Of a DNA stretch of 64,000 nucleotides, positions 39,101-52,030 are shown in pieces. Every line of letters begins with the position of its first letter. Positions within the stretch are counted from its first letter, which is position 1. The DNA is taken from the NCBI GenBank assembly GCA_030704615.1, contig CM060734.1, positions 17,112,001 to 17,176,000 of the forward strand. Direction: 5' to 3'. A program made the position numbers and the translations under genes. The notes under the pieces are model-generated. The model was not told the DNA's origin. It worked only from the letters and a program-made list of their open reading frames with translations, and ran no database searches. The stretch comes from Takakia lepidozioides. Taxonomy: Eukaryota; Plantae; Bryophyta.

Positions 39101-41278
39101 GGGAGGCTAGGGAAAGGGAAAAGGAACGGCAGCGTCTGCATGACAAAGAAAGAGAGAAAGATAGGGACAGGGACAGGCGCAGGGAGATTAAAGAACAGGA
39201 AGAAGAGAGTGATGAGGATGAATGGCGAAAGCATCGGTATCGAGGAAATTTGCAGGATGAGAGGCGCAAGCGCCGGCTCCGCGAACGTGAGGAGGACGTG
39301 GCTGACAGGTTCCGCGAAGAGCAGGAGGAGGTTATGGTTGCAGAGCTTGCCAAACGGCCCAAGCCCACCCGTCATCAGGCCAACCACGACGCACTTGTTA
39401 ATGAGAATAATGACATGGATATGGAAGAGGCAGTAGCTGTAAAGACTCATGTTGTTGAGCCTGCTGACATGTCTGCTCCTGTTGTACCTATGCCCATGTC
39501 AGTATCTGCAAGTGATTCAGACGAAGGGCCTCAACAGAGTAAGCTTTCAGCTTTGGATGCCTGCTTTATGTTTCCAAAAGTTGTGTGAACAGAACTCTGG
39601 TAGTTTTATCTGACATAGCTGTTGCAATCAGAGAGGCTGCTAAATGTCCTTCAAATGTGCAGTCATTAGAGATGCATATCTTTGCATCTTTGGACGTCAA
39701 TAACTCATTGCTGGGTTTCCATTTTGAAGTGTACAAGGAACTGATAGGAAGATAATGAGAACTTTGTGGGCTATCCTATTAGACTTCACAACTGAAAACT
39801 CTTGAAAATCAAGGCCCAGAACGAAAGCCATTAAACAAAACTTCATATGAACAGCGTCCTCCAGCAGTCTGTCAGTGTAACAAGCTTTCTCTAAATCATA
39901 TGCTAGACCAAGGAGAGCATCAAAAATTTCTGTGAAGGAATTATTACCTCCCATTCTCTTATTAGGGGATCCCCAACCTCAGGTTGAACACTCCTCCAAA
40001 TAGACTCACCCATTATATACCAGTGCTCATATTGATCCCAGCTGCTTGGTTTTGAATTTAATAACATAGTTTCTTATCCCTATCCCTCTGTATACTGGGA
40101 CCGTGTGCAACTAATCCATACCAAGCCAGGTTCCTGCTCGTAACATATTCACCAGTGCACAGAGCTTTTAATGTTGTGGGCACGATGTGTATCAACACTT
40201 CTTTGGTGTGGCAATGGCAGCTGAAGTGATTGCCAGTAATGGCATGCATGACATGGAGAGGGATGAGGATTCTGAAGCTGCCAATGACAGTGATGTAAAA
40301 CTCAGCAGCAGCTCCGCTCCTCGCAAGCTTGGCTTTGGGCTGATGGGGTCAGGAAGGCGTGCAGCTGTACCATCGGTTTTTAACCAGGAAGATGAAGAGG
40401 AGGTACCTGATGATCGCAAGCTGCGGCCACTGGTTCCCATTGACTACACAGCAGAGGAGATGCAGGTGGTGGCTCCTTCCAGTTCCTCTACTCCTGCCCT
40501 TCCGGCCTCCTCTGCAGGGCTTGCATCCAATCTGGCAGCTGCTGCAGAGTTTGCCAAAACTTTGTCCAGCTTGGCTAATCCTTCTAGTAAGGATGAGGGG
40601 GACAAAGTTAGGAAGCCCAGAGAAAGGGTTGGGGAAAAGGATAAAGCACGCAAAGAGAAAGATAAGGACCGGGACAGAGAGAGAGAGAAGGATCGGGATA
40701 GGGACAAAGAGCGAGGCTCGGATAAGGCGAAGGCTCCAGAAGCCAGGAAAATTGCTGATGCCAAACAGTTGATTGACACAATCCCAAAAACTAAGGAGGA
40801 GCTGTTTGGCTACCCTGTGGATTGGAATATTTATGACAAGGTATGGCTTAGGAACTGTCTTTAGGCTGCTTGTGTTATTTTCTGGGAATAAATTACATGT
40901 GTTTGAAGTTGGGTAAATAATTAGCTCGAAAATGGTTAATTATACTCGTTTCATTAAGTCCTGCTAAATTTTTCCACTCTTAGAGCTGAGGTTCACTAAT
41001 GACAAATTTTGGGGCTTCTACAGCATGATCTTCAGGACAGGATGCGACCATGGATTTCAAAGAAGATCACTGAGTTTTTGGGAGAGGAGGAAGCAACACT
41101 GGTGGATTTTATAGTGACCAACACTCGCAAACATGTAACTGCAGCCAGCATGCTGGAGCTCCTTGAATCAATTCTTGATGATGAGGCTGAGATGTTTGTT
41201 CTCAAGATGTGGCGTATGCTTATTTTCGAGATTCGGCGTGTTGAAACTGGCCTTGCTTCTAGTAAGCACAAGACCTAA
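36193..41278 (+). CDS. RBM25: RNA-binding motif protein 25 homolog (Pro-rich, RRM, RE/RD-rich, PWI; pre-mRNA splicing factor), 8 exons, ~876 aa
   Basis: Exons 36193-36391, 37356-37648, 37756-37908, 38145-38416, 38557-38693, 38837-39538, 40221-40840, 41024-41278; all GT-AG, phases consistent, total 2631 nt; RRM TTVYVGKI/KGFGFCEF; PWI MRPWISKKITEFLGEEE..FVLKMWRMLIFE. Confidence 0.95.
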
Positions 41279-41688
41279 GTTAATTTACCATTTTCACATG
41301 AACTGCAGTTTTGTTCATTTTTGTGCTCTCAAAATGAGCTTGTGGACAAAATCTTTCCCGCTCTTGGAATCTAGTTCAGTTGCTGGGAATTTTGAGTGAC
41401 TGTGAAGCACCAGTACAGTAGGATACGGTGGTATGTTAAGTACCTTGTTTCCTGTTGTGTTTACATTGCCACTAAATAGAAAATGACATCGGGCCCTTAA
41501 GTAGATTTAAGTTCTCTGGTGGAGGGGTTTTGGAGGTTGGTAGTGTGTTCAACTGTTTTGTGCAGGTTTAGGTAGTGAATGAGAGCAACATGATAAGCCT
41601 CTCATTGGGTTTGAATGGAGCTTCACACAGTGTGGCTGTCAGCACTCCATTATGATGAGTCTTTGAAGGTTAGCAGAACTGGTCAAAG

Positions 41689-44540
41689 TTTTTTTTTTTT
41701 TTTTCCCGGAACTGGGGAAGGCCCTGAATTAATTTTATTGAGTTTATTGTGGGGAAAAAAATTAAAACCCCAGATTACACCATGAGGTACGCACACCGTA
41801 GTCAGTGATGAACGAACTAACCTCCCGAAGGGAGAAGATGAAGACAACCTAGGGTTACAAGCCCTATGTAGAAGTCACACCCGTAGGGGGTTGCTTTGAA
41901 TGTAGGCAGTCGCTTCTGGACTGGTGAGATCTACAAGGAATCCATGAGGTGAATGGCTTAGCAGCCGCTTGGAACCTGTCCGAAGCTTATTTGTGTGCAC
42001 GAATGGATCTCAGCGAAATTTCAGTCTAGCAGCCGATTTGATGTGGCGCCAATTGATATCCCTGTCAAACTCGGGGGACGCCGCCATGGAGGGGTGTGTT
42101 GAGTTCTCGCCATCGATTTGGCGGTTGAGCTGCCCAGGCACAGTGGGATGGTGACGAGCTAGTGCAGAGAAGAGCGTTTCTTGCCCAAGTGCTGGCGAAC
42201 TGACCGCGGATTACTGCCGCTTGTTGGGGTCTTCTTGCGACATCTGCAGAGTTTTGCCCAAGCCTTCCTCCCTTCAATCTGCAAGTCCCAGTATACTCTA
42301 GAAAGCAAGGTAGATAAAGTGCAGGTGGTACCTGAGAGGGTCCAGGCACATCTAACTTTCCATATGTTCCACAGTGTAGAGCTGCAAAGGCAATTGTAGA
42401 CTGGGCAGTTTGAAGCCTTGGTTTTTGAATTTGAGTCGCAGTTGAGTAGCAGATGTACAACTGAGAAGTCTTGGGTATCCCAAATGTCTATAAAATTCTT
42501 TAATGATAGGCCAGACTTTCCTGGGGGTAAGGCAACAAATAAGGCAATGTTCCAGGGTTTCCAACTGCCCATAGGAGCAACAAGAGCACAGCAAGGCTTC
42601 CTGGAATTGTAACCATTCTCCCACCTTAAGGACTCTATTGGCTATTTGCTATAGAAAGGTGGACATCTTGGCTGGCCTTGTTTTTTCCCAGATATATGTC
42701 CAGATTGATTTTCAGTTTTCCTCCACAAACCCGGAAGATTGCCATTTCGAGTTCCATTTGGCAAAGAGGGGGCTTGGAGATGCTATGTTGTTTTGGTGGT
42801 GTACGCGAAGAAGGGAGTTGGAGATCTAGAGAAAGCCCAGGACCACTCTCCTGGATCGAAGGGAAGCTCTGCGAGGGGCCTTCCTGAAATCCAAAAGAAT
42901 GAATTTGTTGCTACCAGGTTGCGATGGGGATCATAGGGTCTGGAGTTGGGTTCATGTCTCTTGTGGGAGAGACCAGCAACAGATTCTGATGGGAGTATGG
43001 GGGAGATTAGGAAGGGAGAGAGGGACTGTACTTTGTAGGGATAGAGACATGGTCACAGGATGGATACTGAACGGAAAAGCCTGTAGATTGTTGTTTAGCT
43101 TGTACATGACGAAGAGGATGGTAAGTGACTCTCTGACAACAGTCAGGGACCAGTAGTTCATGGTGGGGGCAGAAGGACCTGCTTGCAATGTTGGTAGCCA
43201 AGGGGTAATTGAATCTTTGATGGTCTGAAAGCCAGAGGAAGTCCTAGCTGATCCTGCAATGCTAGCAATAGATGTGGAGTCCATAAAGTCTTGGTTGTTC
43301 CATATGTGTCTAACCTGGTTAATGCCAGATCTGACCATCTTTTGGCTGGGCCCTTTGTGGTTGGCTTGGCTTGTTGGTATTTAAGAATAGGTGTTGTCGG
43401 AGGGTCTCTTCATAAGTCTGAGGTTCCATTTTCCGTAGAAAGGGTCGGAGCCTTCCACATGTGTGCCAGATGGTGGTCCACAGGGATGAACCTAAGGCTT
43501 TATGTTTGAACCCTTGAGCTACCCAACGCAGGGATGGGGTCCATAGGGCTGTTTTGAGGGGAGAGGCATCCTGGATGTTCTGAACCACTAGATATTTCCA
43601 CCAGCCCCCTTTTGGGCCAAAGAAGCAAGGAATCCACTTACTGAGGAGAGTTGTTATTTGGGTTTCTGGATCAATAATTCCAAGCCCCCCCTGTTTTTTG
43701 GGCAGACAGATCTGCTTCCACGAAACTTGTGGTCTCTTCTTAGTCTGGGAATCAAATCCCCATATAAAATTGCGGAGAAGACCACAGATTTTTTTAATTT
43801 GATTGGTGTTCGGTCTCCACGATGCAGCAAAGTACCAAATGCTTGCCGAGAGGACGTGATTAGCCGCCAAGGCTCTCCCGGTGATGGAGAGGTGTTTAGA
43901 GCCCCAGAATGTAAGTTTGCGTCTGAATTTGGCCAGGGTGGGTGTAAACTTTTGGTCATCCGAGAGGCCAACACCGAAGGTATAACCGAGGAGTGTTGTT
44001 GTTTGTCCAGGTCGTAGCCACGATAAACCCGAGCTAGAGCCCCATGAAGGATCAGTTCCTAAATGGGATTGATGGAGGTCTCCAGTTAGGATAGCACATG
44101 TTTTTGCCCAGTTGACTTTGAAACCTGAAGCTGGAAGACGGCAAGCGGTTCCATGCAGGCATTGTCAAAGCTAGATTGGAGTCAGACATCCAAGTGGGCA
44201 CTGCCCTTGTCAACATGTATTGCAAGTGTGTTAGTGTGGTGGATGGCAAAAAAGGTTCAACGTAGATGTAGCCTCTTGGAGGTTTTGAGGGGTGGCCTAG
44301 AGGATGAGGAAGGTGTCATCGACGAACATTGAGTCTTTGAGTTCTGCTGGCTGAGAGATGTGGTAATTAGTTATGTAGAGACCTCTAATGAGGCGGTTGG
44401 ACTCAAGCATGTAGCCTAGAGAGTCAGCCACAAAAAGGAAGAGGAATGGAGCTAGTGGGCAGCCTTGCCTGACAGACCTGTGGAGCGGGAATGATGTCGA
44501 AAGTTGCCCACTGACAATGACTCTGCTTGAGGAGTTTTGA
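41689..44540 (-). mobile_element. 5'-truncated L1/Tx1-like LINE (ORF2: RT 3' half and zf-RVT) with A16 tail
   Basis: VRQGCPLAPFLF, FVDDT, ASGFKVNWAKT, LPKKQGGLG, CSCC..ETLEHCLICC; T16 run at 41689-41704; frameshifts. Confidence 0.92.
44131..44244 (+). pseudogene. PLS-class PPR gene fragment inserted in the LINE RT
   Basis: Translates LEDGKRFHAGIVKARLESDIQVGTALVNMYCKCVSVVD; LINE frame resumes on both sides (TLNLFC | ASGFKVNW). Confidence 0.85.
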
Positions 44541-44885
44541 AGATCTGTCATATGTTTTCATGACCTTTTGGCTTTATTTTTTACCTTGGCAATGCTTTGA
44601 AAGTTCTTGTGATGCACTGAAAACGACATGCTAGGGTTCTGGAACATTATATCCAGACCTGTGAAGTGTTTATTCATAACTGCTCATAGCATAGGACTGT
44701 TTTCTTATGAAATGAAGATTTTGGAATGAAGACTTTCTCAGGCAGCCCTCTCAGATCCAACTGAGCTGCTGCAAATGGTATAAAGCAAGGGGGTTGATGG
44801 TCTCTTTGAATGATGAATGGCCTTTAAAAAAAAACCCCACCCTCCCACCTTGAGATTTCATGTACTTTGAAATCTACAGTTCAAT
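44541..44885. repeat. ~345-bp segment A, duplicated at 48375-48711
   Basis: Near-identical from AGATCTGTCATATGTTTTC to CTACAGTTCAAT. Confidence 0.9.
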
Positions 44886-45554
44886 CATTTGAGGAGATGT
44901 GCATGGAAGGAGGTGTTAGATGGTGCCATGTAAAGGGCAGATGATGTCTTTAATTAACAACGACCCTATTGGTCTTGTTTGTGTCTTGACATGACATTAA
45001 TATCTTCCCTCTCTTCCTTTGACCAGTATACTTACGTGGTGTTTGTACACATCATCTACCCCTCTCCTTTCTTGTTCCGTCTTTCTCATGTTGATGTACA
45101 CGTTACATTTCTTTGGCTTTGACAGAAGGGTAGCAAATACACTCCGATTTGGAGTGATGAACTCAAAGCCAAGGGAGTTCCAGCAAGTGCACTCCAGATT
45201 GGAGTTATGGGCTCAAAGCCATGGGATACCAGTAAGGTATAATCCTATCCAGCAAGAATTTGTTGGTGATTTGAGCTTGGTGAGAAAGGCATCATAAGCA
45301 GTGTGTTTCTAAGGTAGACCTAAGAGCTGATATTGTGAGCTAGGCCTTTGTCAGACAACATAATCGAATATATGTGTACACCTTCTACATGATCCGGTCA
45401 ATGTACATTACTCTGTTTAGCTTGTCTCTTGTAGCCGATGCCTCGTGTCACTCTTAGATACCTTCCGGCTCTTAAGCTTTTATGTTTCTCTTGTATGTGG
45501 CCTCGCTCCTTGCAGCACCGCTAAAAATTGCCCAGAGTGTAGTATGTGGCTGGA

Positions 45555-48010
45555 ATAGACCGGTGAATCAATATTAATATGGTGATCTCACTGGCTTCTC
45601 CCATTCTGTATTTTTCCGGCAACGTTGATACGGCTTGGAAAGAATGATTCATACCCTTGGAAAATTAATTCTGAAACCAGTAAGTTGACTCACATCAGTA
45701 TAAGGTTCCTCGCGAACAAGGATCCTTCCCTGGTTAAATGTGACTGATAGGGTGAAATGATGTGCAATAATTTGCTGCCTTTGGCTGGAGAACACTTATA
45801 ATTCCTATGCTCATGCCTGTCCACTTATGTGAAGGCGATGTTGACAAACTGAAAGCCATGCCTGTCCAACTTTGTGAAGGTTATGTTGACAACATAAAAG
45901 GTAACCTGGAAACAACAGCTTGTTCAACGGCTAAGAGGTAACATGGAAAAGTCATGACTCTACCTGTCTAGCTGTATTCTTGTTATGTCATTGATCACTT
46001 GACCATGAGGTATCAGCCCACCTTACCTCCATGTCAGTATTATGGAGCACTAAATCCCTAATATGGTATGATTTTATCTATTAGGAAATTTGCTTCTGTA
46101 ACCAGAAAATTGGCTAACTGGGTGAAATTATGTGCAGTAGTGTGCTGCCATTGGCTAAAGTACACTGATAATTCCTATACTCATGCATGTCCTGACTTGT
46201 GAAGGCGATGTTGGCATGTTACAAGCTGTTTGCTGCCCTTGGTTGAGGAACACTCATAATCCCTATACACAGGCCTGTCTTTGTGAAGGCTGTGTTGACA
46301 AGATAAAAGGTAACCTAGAAACTCTGTACTTTGTTTTGCACAGCATGTTTCGTGCTAAGCCATTGTTCATTCTTGGTATGGGAGGAGAGATTGGAGGCAT
46401 TTTATCCTTATGGTATTTCAAGACCAAGGATAAAAATACAATGTGGAGGGAGAGCTTTACGTGAAGGGGTCTGGTATGCGCTCCCTTACGGGGTGAGTGC
46501 ATACCACACTCACTCCGTAAAGGACTACCATACGAGGGGTTGGATGGCGGGAGCCCTCTCTCTCCTTCTCTCTCCCTCTCTCCAAATACATGTTTGGGAT
46601 TTTAACATTTTTTCCAGTACTATACCTAGTGTGGAATTTTTATAATCCCTAATGGATCTAGTAGGGTTTCATCCATAATGGATGGAAACCTTAAGAAAAA
46701 AATTTGGATGGATGACTAATCAGCCGAGTATTTTTCGTATAACTACGTAAAACCTGATGACTCGCTCGATTATTCATCCATGACGGATGATATTTTGGAA
46801 ACCGACGGAAGTCATCCCTTCTGGATGAAAACCTGCAAAATGACCTATCAGCTGAGCCGATTTTCCATCCAGACCGGATGAAAAATCGCGGGGAAACGAT
46901 TTTGGTTCACCTCTCTAAACCTAAACAGCCCGACACCTGGGCTTGTGATTTTCCTGGAGCTACGCGATGGCGGCTTGAATCGCCGCACAATCCCGCGTTG
47001 TTGATCTCCTTGGGAGGCGTAGGTGCGGCTGAATGAGGAGTTCCCCTGTTGGTGTCTTCACTCCACATGCTGGCTGCCAAGCCGCTGCTATGCTTTCCGG
47101 GGATATCTTTCATTGTGCACTTATGCTGCAGCGGCGCCATAACTGATCTGTGGAGGCTTGTTTTCTCTCCCCTGCAGCAAAGCTAATGCGTTTTGCTTTG
47201 TCATATGCCAGATCTTGGATGTTATACTGCAAAATCCACTAGTTCCACTAACTTTGAAAGTTTTTGGTTGTTTCTGCTTATGCTTGTCCAATTGATCTCT
47301 TTGCCTGCTTTGTAGCTCACCTCTGACATGGATAGCAACTGTGAAGTCCTGCGACTCACCTCGCGCATCCTCACCAACGCACAAAACATGTTTTGTGTTT
47401 GTTTTTGGGACGGGCGCAGGTGAGGGACTTCACTTGATGTGATTTACAGAGCTTGCAGGTGATCTGGACTAAGCAGAATGGATGAGTGGGCTGCGATCTA
47501 CTGTCGCTGCACACCGCCGCTTTAGAAATCGCTTCAATGGGGATACGCTTTAAACTTTGACCTCATCTTTTGGTTATGGTTTAGCTTATGAAGAAGGTCT
47601 TATGCAATGCTTCCTAGATTACAAACATTCCAGTGAATGCCCCGTGGTTTCAGTGATAAAGATATCTGGTTACAAGATTGATCATGGTAGAATTTTTGAC
47701 AAAGCCTGGTACACCATTTTCAGGCCTTTATGAAAAGTGTTGTGGCTTTATGGAGGCACAAGCAGCAAACTGGTTTGCCTTGTTAACAACAGAGATACAT
47801 GTACTAGGAAATGGATGAGGTGAACCTTTTTCTAAGACCCCCATCAACGGCGCCTGAGTTCATAACCCGATTGAAGATCGGACCTCTATTAAATGGCTCT
47901 GGCTTTATGGAGGATCAAGCCATCTCCAGGCATTTATTAAAATGCTTGGTTTTATTTTATTTCTTGGCTTTATGGAGAGTCAAACCAGATTACATTCCCC
48001 CAAGCCCTTG
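45555..48010 (+). mobile_element. Degenerate Penelope-like element copy 1 (RT thumb remnant plus downstream non-coding/pLTR-like region)
   Basis: 45555-45740 translates NRPVNQ..MVISLASPILYFS..TAWKE..HTLGK..FPG, homologous to the C-terminus of ORF 52019-52762; collinear blocks shared with 52951-55035. Confidence 0.6.
46447..46580 (+). other. Conserved structured motif, copy 1 (alternative hairpins)
   Basis: Core roughly 90% identical to 52951-53087; self-complementary segments. Confidence 0.7.
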
Positions 48011-48374
48011 GGGTTATGACATGGTAAAGGTTAAGTGATTCTGGATATCCTTATTGTGACCTATATGCTTTGAATGTTTCTTATGGGGTGCTGGAATACC
48101 ATTTCCAGATTTGTACCTGAAGGTATCTATGCTGGAAACCACTTGACACAGGTGTATCCGTGTGAGTAAAATGCAACAATGCACCTGCAACTAGTGTTTA
48201 TGGCTCATTTCTTTCTATGAGGGCATAAATCAAGAGTGTTGATTGTCTCCTTCAATGATGAATGACCTGAAAGCTCAGTTTGAGACTCAGTTTAATTAAG
48301 GGGCATGAATGATCTAGAGGCTGGCTTACAATGAGACTGCAATAAAGGGTATGCAGGTCTGGTTATGCTACGTC

Positions 48375-48711
48375 AGATCTGTCATATGTTTTCATGACCC
48401 TTCGGCTTTATTTTTTACCTTGGAAAGTTCTTGTGATGCATTGAAAACGACATGCTAGGGTTCTGGAACACTATATCCAGACCTGTGAAGTGTTTATTCA
48501 TAATTGCTCATGGCATAGGACTGTTTTCTTATGAAATGAAGACTTTGGAGTGAAGACTTTCTCAGGCAGCCCTCTCAGATCCGACTGAGCTGCTACAAAT
48601 GGTATAAAGCAAGGGGGTTGATGGTCTCTTTGAATGATGAATGGCCTTTTTTAAAAAAAACCCCACCCTCCCACCCTGAGATTTCATGTACTTTGAAATC
48701 TACAGTTCAAT
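48375..48711. repeat. Segment A, second copy
   Basis: Matches 44541-44885. Confidence 0.9.
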
Positions 48712-48808
48712 AATTTAGAATAGCACATTTTATGTACATTAGTATATATTTTATGAAGTTTAGTACGAAATCATAGTAAGAAATCATAAATAAAATGGAA
48801 TTCTGGCA

Positions 48809-49456
48809 ATGGCAGATCCGGAGGACCAGTCGAAGGACAACTCCTTGATTCCGGGATTGACAGATGTGACACTAGAATGCGTTGCATGGGTGCCTCGCTC
48901 TTATTATTTACCGCTGAAAGGTGGTTGTAAGAAATGGCAGAATGCGCTAGGGGTGGTTGATGACGAAGGCTGCAACGACATCTTTGAGACTCGCAAATGG
49001 GTAGGGATCAAGGAGGAATGGGTTTACATGCTGGCTGGGCTTGCATACAATGTACAGCCTCTCATAAGTGCATAGAAGTGGTGGGCGTTTGATTCCGTTA
49101 GTACGCCTTGGCGTTGTCTGCCAGACTACCCTGTGGATTATACCTTTGAAGTTTCTGACAAGGAGTCGACAGTTACAGGAACTCAGCTTTTGGTTTGCGG
49201 ACAGTACCCTAGAGGCTACATGGTATGGAGGTATGATTTAGAACTCAACGAATAGTCTTCAATGCCAAGAATGATTCAAGATCGATGTCTTTTTTACTCT
49301 GCAAATATGGGCAAATATGTCTATTTGTACTGGAAGTCTCACCAATAGACGACTCTCAAAGCAATCAAGCGCTACAACTCGCTACTTCAAGCATGGGAAC
49401 CTCTCCCCGATCTCAACATAGCACGGGAAAGGGAGCTAATGGGAAAACAAGGATAA
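48809..49456 (+). pseudogene. F-box/kelch-repeat protein pseudogene (SKIP11-like subfamily), copy 1, 3'-truncated
   Basis: LIPGL..LEC.AWVPRS F-box; EEWVY; WAFD; SDKES..GTQLLVCG; RCLF; three in-frame TAG stops. Confidence 0.85.
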
Positions 49457-49471
49457 ATGTGAACCGCTGGA

Positions 49472-50601
49472 TATTGGTTGATCAAGGGTAGCGATCCCCA
49501 CTTTCCAAACGGATGAATGACATGGATGAGGAGCAACATTCATGAGGACTTAAAACGGCTCATGTACCAAACTTAAGTTGGTCATGTCCCAGGATGGAAG
49601 ATGGATGAAAATTATGGAGGGATGAAAGTTACAGACGGATGAAATCAATGGATGGATGAGAGATTACCAGTTGGATGACAAAAATAAAATGGATGACAAT
49701 GACAACAGATGGATGATAAACACGTGGCTTGATCTAGTCCGTTCAGATGGAGAGGACAGATCTAACGGATTAAAATAAAAAGATTCTATATTATATTAAT
49801 GGACACTCTAGGAAGAATTAGGTAAATATTTTAACTAGGTGTCGGTGCTTAAATGCACCTAACCTATATCATTGGTGCTTTATTTATTTATTTAAAATGG
49901 ATGGATGACATCCGTCAAAATAGTTGGACGGATGGAGTCAAGGAGAGGATGATGAGCTGCTATAAAGCAGCCGGCGGAAGGACGAGCAGACAATCTAGTC
50001 TTCTTCTTCGCTCTCTCTTCTTTTTTTTTTTCTTTTTTTTCTTTTTCTCTCTCTCTTTGCCTCCTATTCTCCCTTTGCCAAAACTAGGTAGTTTAGTTGG
50101 AGCTAGAACCAGATAGGAATTCTGGTTCCTAGTTGTGGTGCCTAGTGTTGATTTGAAAATAATATACCAACCTGCAGTCCAGCGTTCAGCGTTATTCAGG
50201 TATCTGGTCGGTGAAGCTGAGTTGGTCGGAGTGTGTGCACTTGATCCACCGTTGTATTCCAGTTGCAGTGTGCATCAGTTGGTAATTAATCATATTTTCT
50301 TCCTTGTATCATAGTATTCATTTATGGGATTGATATAGCGTCAACCAGATGGAATAAGCTCAGTTGGTTCTCAATGTTGTCAAATTTGTGAGTCTTCACG
50401 TTTGATTTCCACGAAATTCTAGTGACTCGGACTGGCGGAGTTGTATTTCTTGAATTGGAATGCTTAAGTGTCTAGATCTTCTTTGATTTATTCCGGCACA
50501 CCATTTGTTTCCAATCATATCTCTGTTCGGAAACTTATCAACTCAAACATCTTGTATAATAGGCTGGATCATATCAGTTTAGTACTTATTAGTTTCCAAC
50601 G
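49472..50601 (+). repeat. Putative LTR (~1.13 kb) with decayed termini
   Basis: TATTGG...CCAACG (from TGTTGG...CCAACA), TATA at 49961, GGATGA-rich U3, degenerate PBS-like sequence and gag remnant downstream; 5' part repeated at 55811-56265. Confidence 0.5.
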
Positions 50602-50671
50602 GTGGGTAGAGAGTACTTAGCCTGCAATAAATAAATAACAAAAAAAAAACACTACTATCAGTGACCGGTGG

Positions 50672-52030
50672 GTGAGCGGAACTGGAGATAATGGTCGGAT
50701 GGGACATTTTGAGGAACAACTAACATCTGTGTTGAGAGCTGTTGAGTCCATGGGGGATAGAGTTAGTGCCATTGGTCAGCAGGTTTCCAGTTATATCCAT
50801 CACAGGGATACTCAGGTTCCATTAGTTGAGACGGGTCCTAATGCGTCCAAGTTATGGTGTTATAATTGTTGAGGGTCAGGTCATGATCTCCAACATTGTC
50901 CAAACCCGATCCAGGAAAGGGGACCTCCTCCATCCCAGAATCCTCCACCAGGACAGGGGTATTGGCCACGAAACCGTTATCCGCCGTGTGGAAAGTGTGG
51001 TCGGTCCAGTCATAGAACAGAAGATTGTTGGAACGATGTTACATGTCTTCATTGTGGTTTAGTAGGTCATCCTTTGGAGCGCTGTCAAACAAGAAATATT
51101 GAGAGGCCAAAACCTACAACCCAATGGCAAGTTGATCAGAATTTACGAGGTCAAAGAGCGCCATTTCCTGATCAATATAATTAGGTGCCTCCGGCAAATT
51201 TACCACCCCAACACGGGATGTACTTTGCTCCGCAAATATTACAAAGAGATCCAAATTCCAATCCCCCAAATCTCAATTCAGCCATCAGCCTACGGTGTCA
51301 TTTACAAATCCTGTGATGCAGGAAACGCAAAGTCAACTTCCATGGCGACGATCTCAGGATGAGAGGAATCAAGGGTCCAATCAAGCATCGACATCCACGC
51401 AACCTCTTCCACAAGCAGGGACTTCCTCTGGTCCAGTCACGCAGAAGTTACCATCGCAACCTAATGTGAATTGGATACATGCCGAACTGTCAAGCATGCC
51501 AAAAGAGGAGGAACGTGAGGAGAACACATGTGTGGTGATGACTCGCCAACAACGAGAGGTTGGTACGAGCGCCGGAAGAGGTAATTCCAGAGGTTACACC
51601 TACTTCATCTTTGGACAAAGAACCAATGGATTTTCAAGTTGTGAAGGATGATGTGACAAAAATTGCTACTACTCTTCACAATGAGAATGAAGCCAGTATC
51701 AGCAAGGGAAAATTTGTGGTATTTGAAGGGACTCTCCGGGTAAGGTGTCCACTCCGTTGCTGTCACTAGTGATGGGACCGAAAGTGTCAGCAATCAAAAT
51801 AGCTAACACTACAGCGAAACGTCCTCAAATTCTGAAAATGAAGTCTACCACCATGAGATTTACCAATGAGCTTGAGCCCTATAACTTGATGCATGACCTG
51901 CACCAAGTGCAGGCCAACATTTCAGTAGCTCAGCTTGTTGCTCTTGCCCCTACAGTCAGACAAGCCCTGAAGGCTTCATTGGTCAGGAAAAGACGAGAGA
52001 ATTTCCCAATATCGCATCATGTCAATGCAA
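50672..52030 (+). pseudogene. gypsy gag remnant with three CCHC zinc knuckles and pre-protease region
   Basis: CYNC*GSGHDLQHC, CGKCGRSSHRTEDC, CLHCGLVGHPLERC; PYNLMHDL..ANISVAQLVALAP. Confidence 0.75.

Noticed and set aside
38812-40779. Long antisense and alternate-frame ORFs over RBM25
   Set aside because: Shadow ORFs of the repetitive RE/RD-coding exons
46750-46810. Hammerhead ribozyme at CTGATGA
   Set aside because: No stem II followed by GAAA, and not conserved in PLE copy 2
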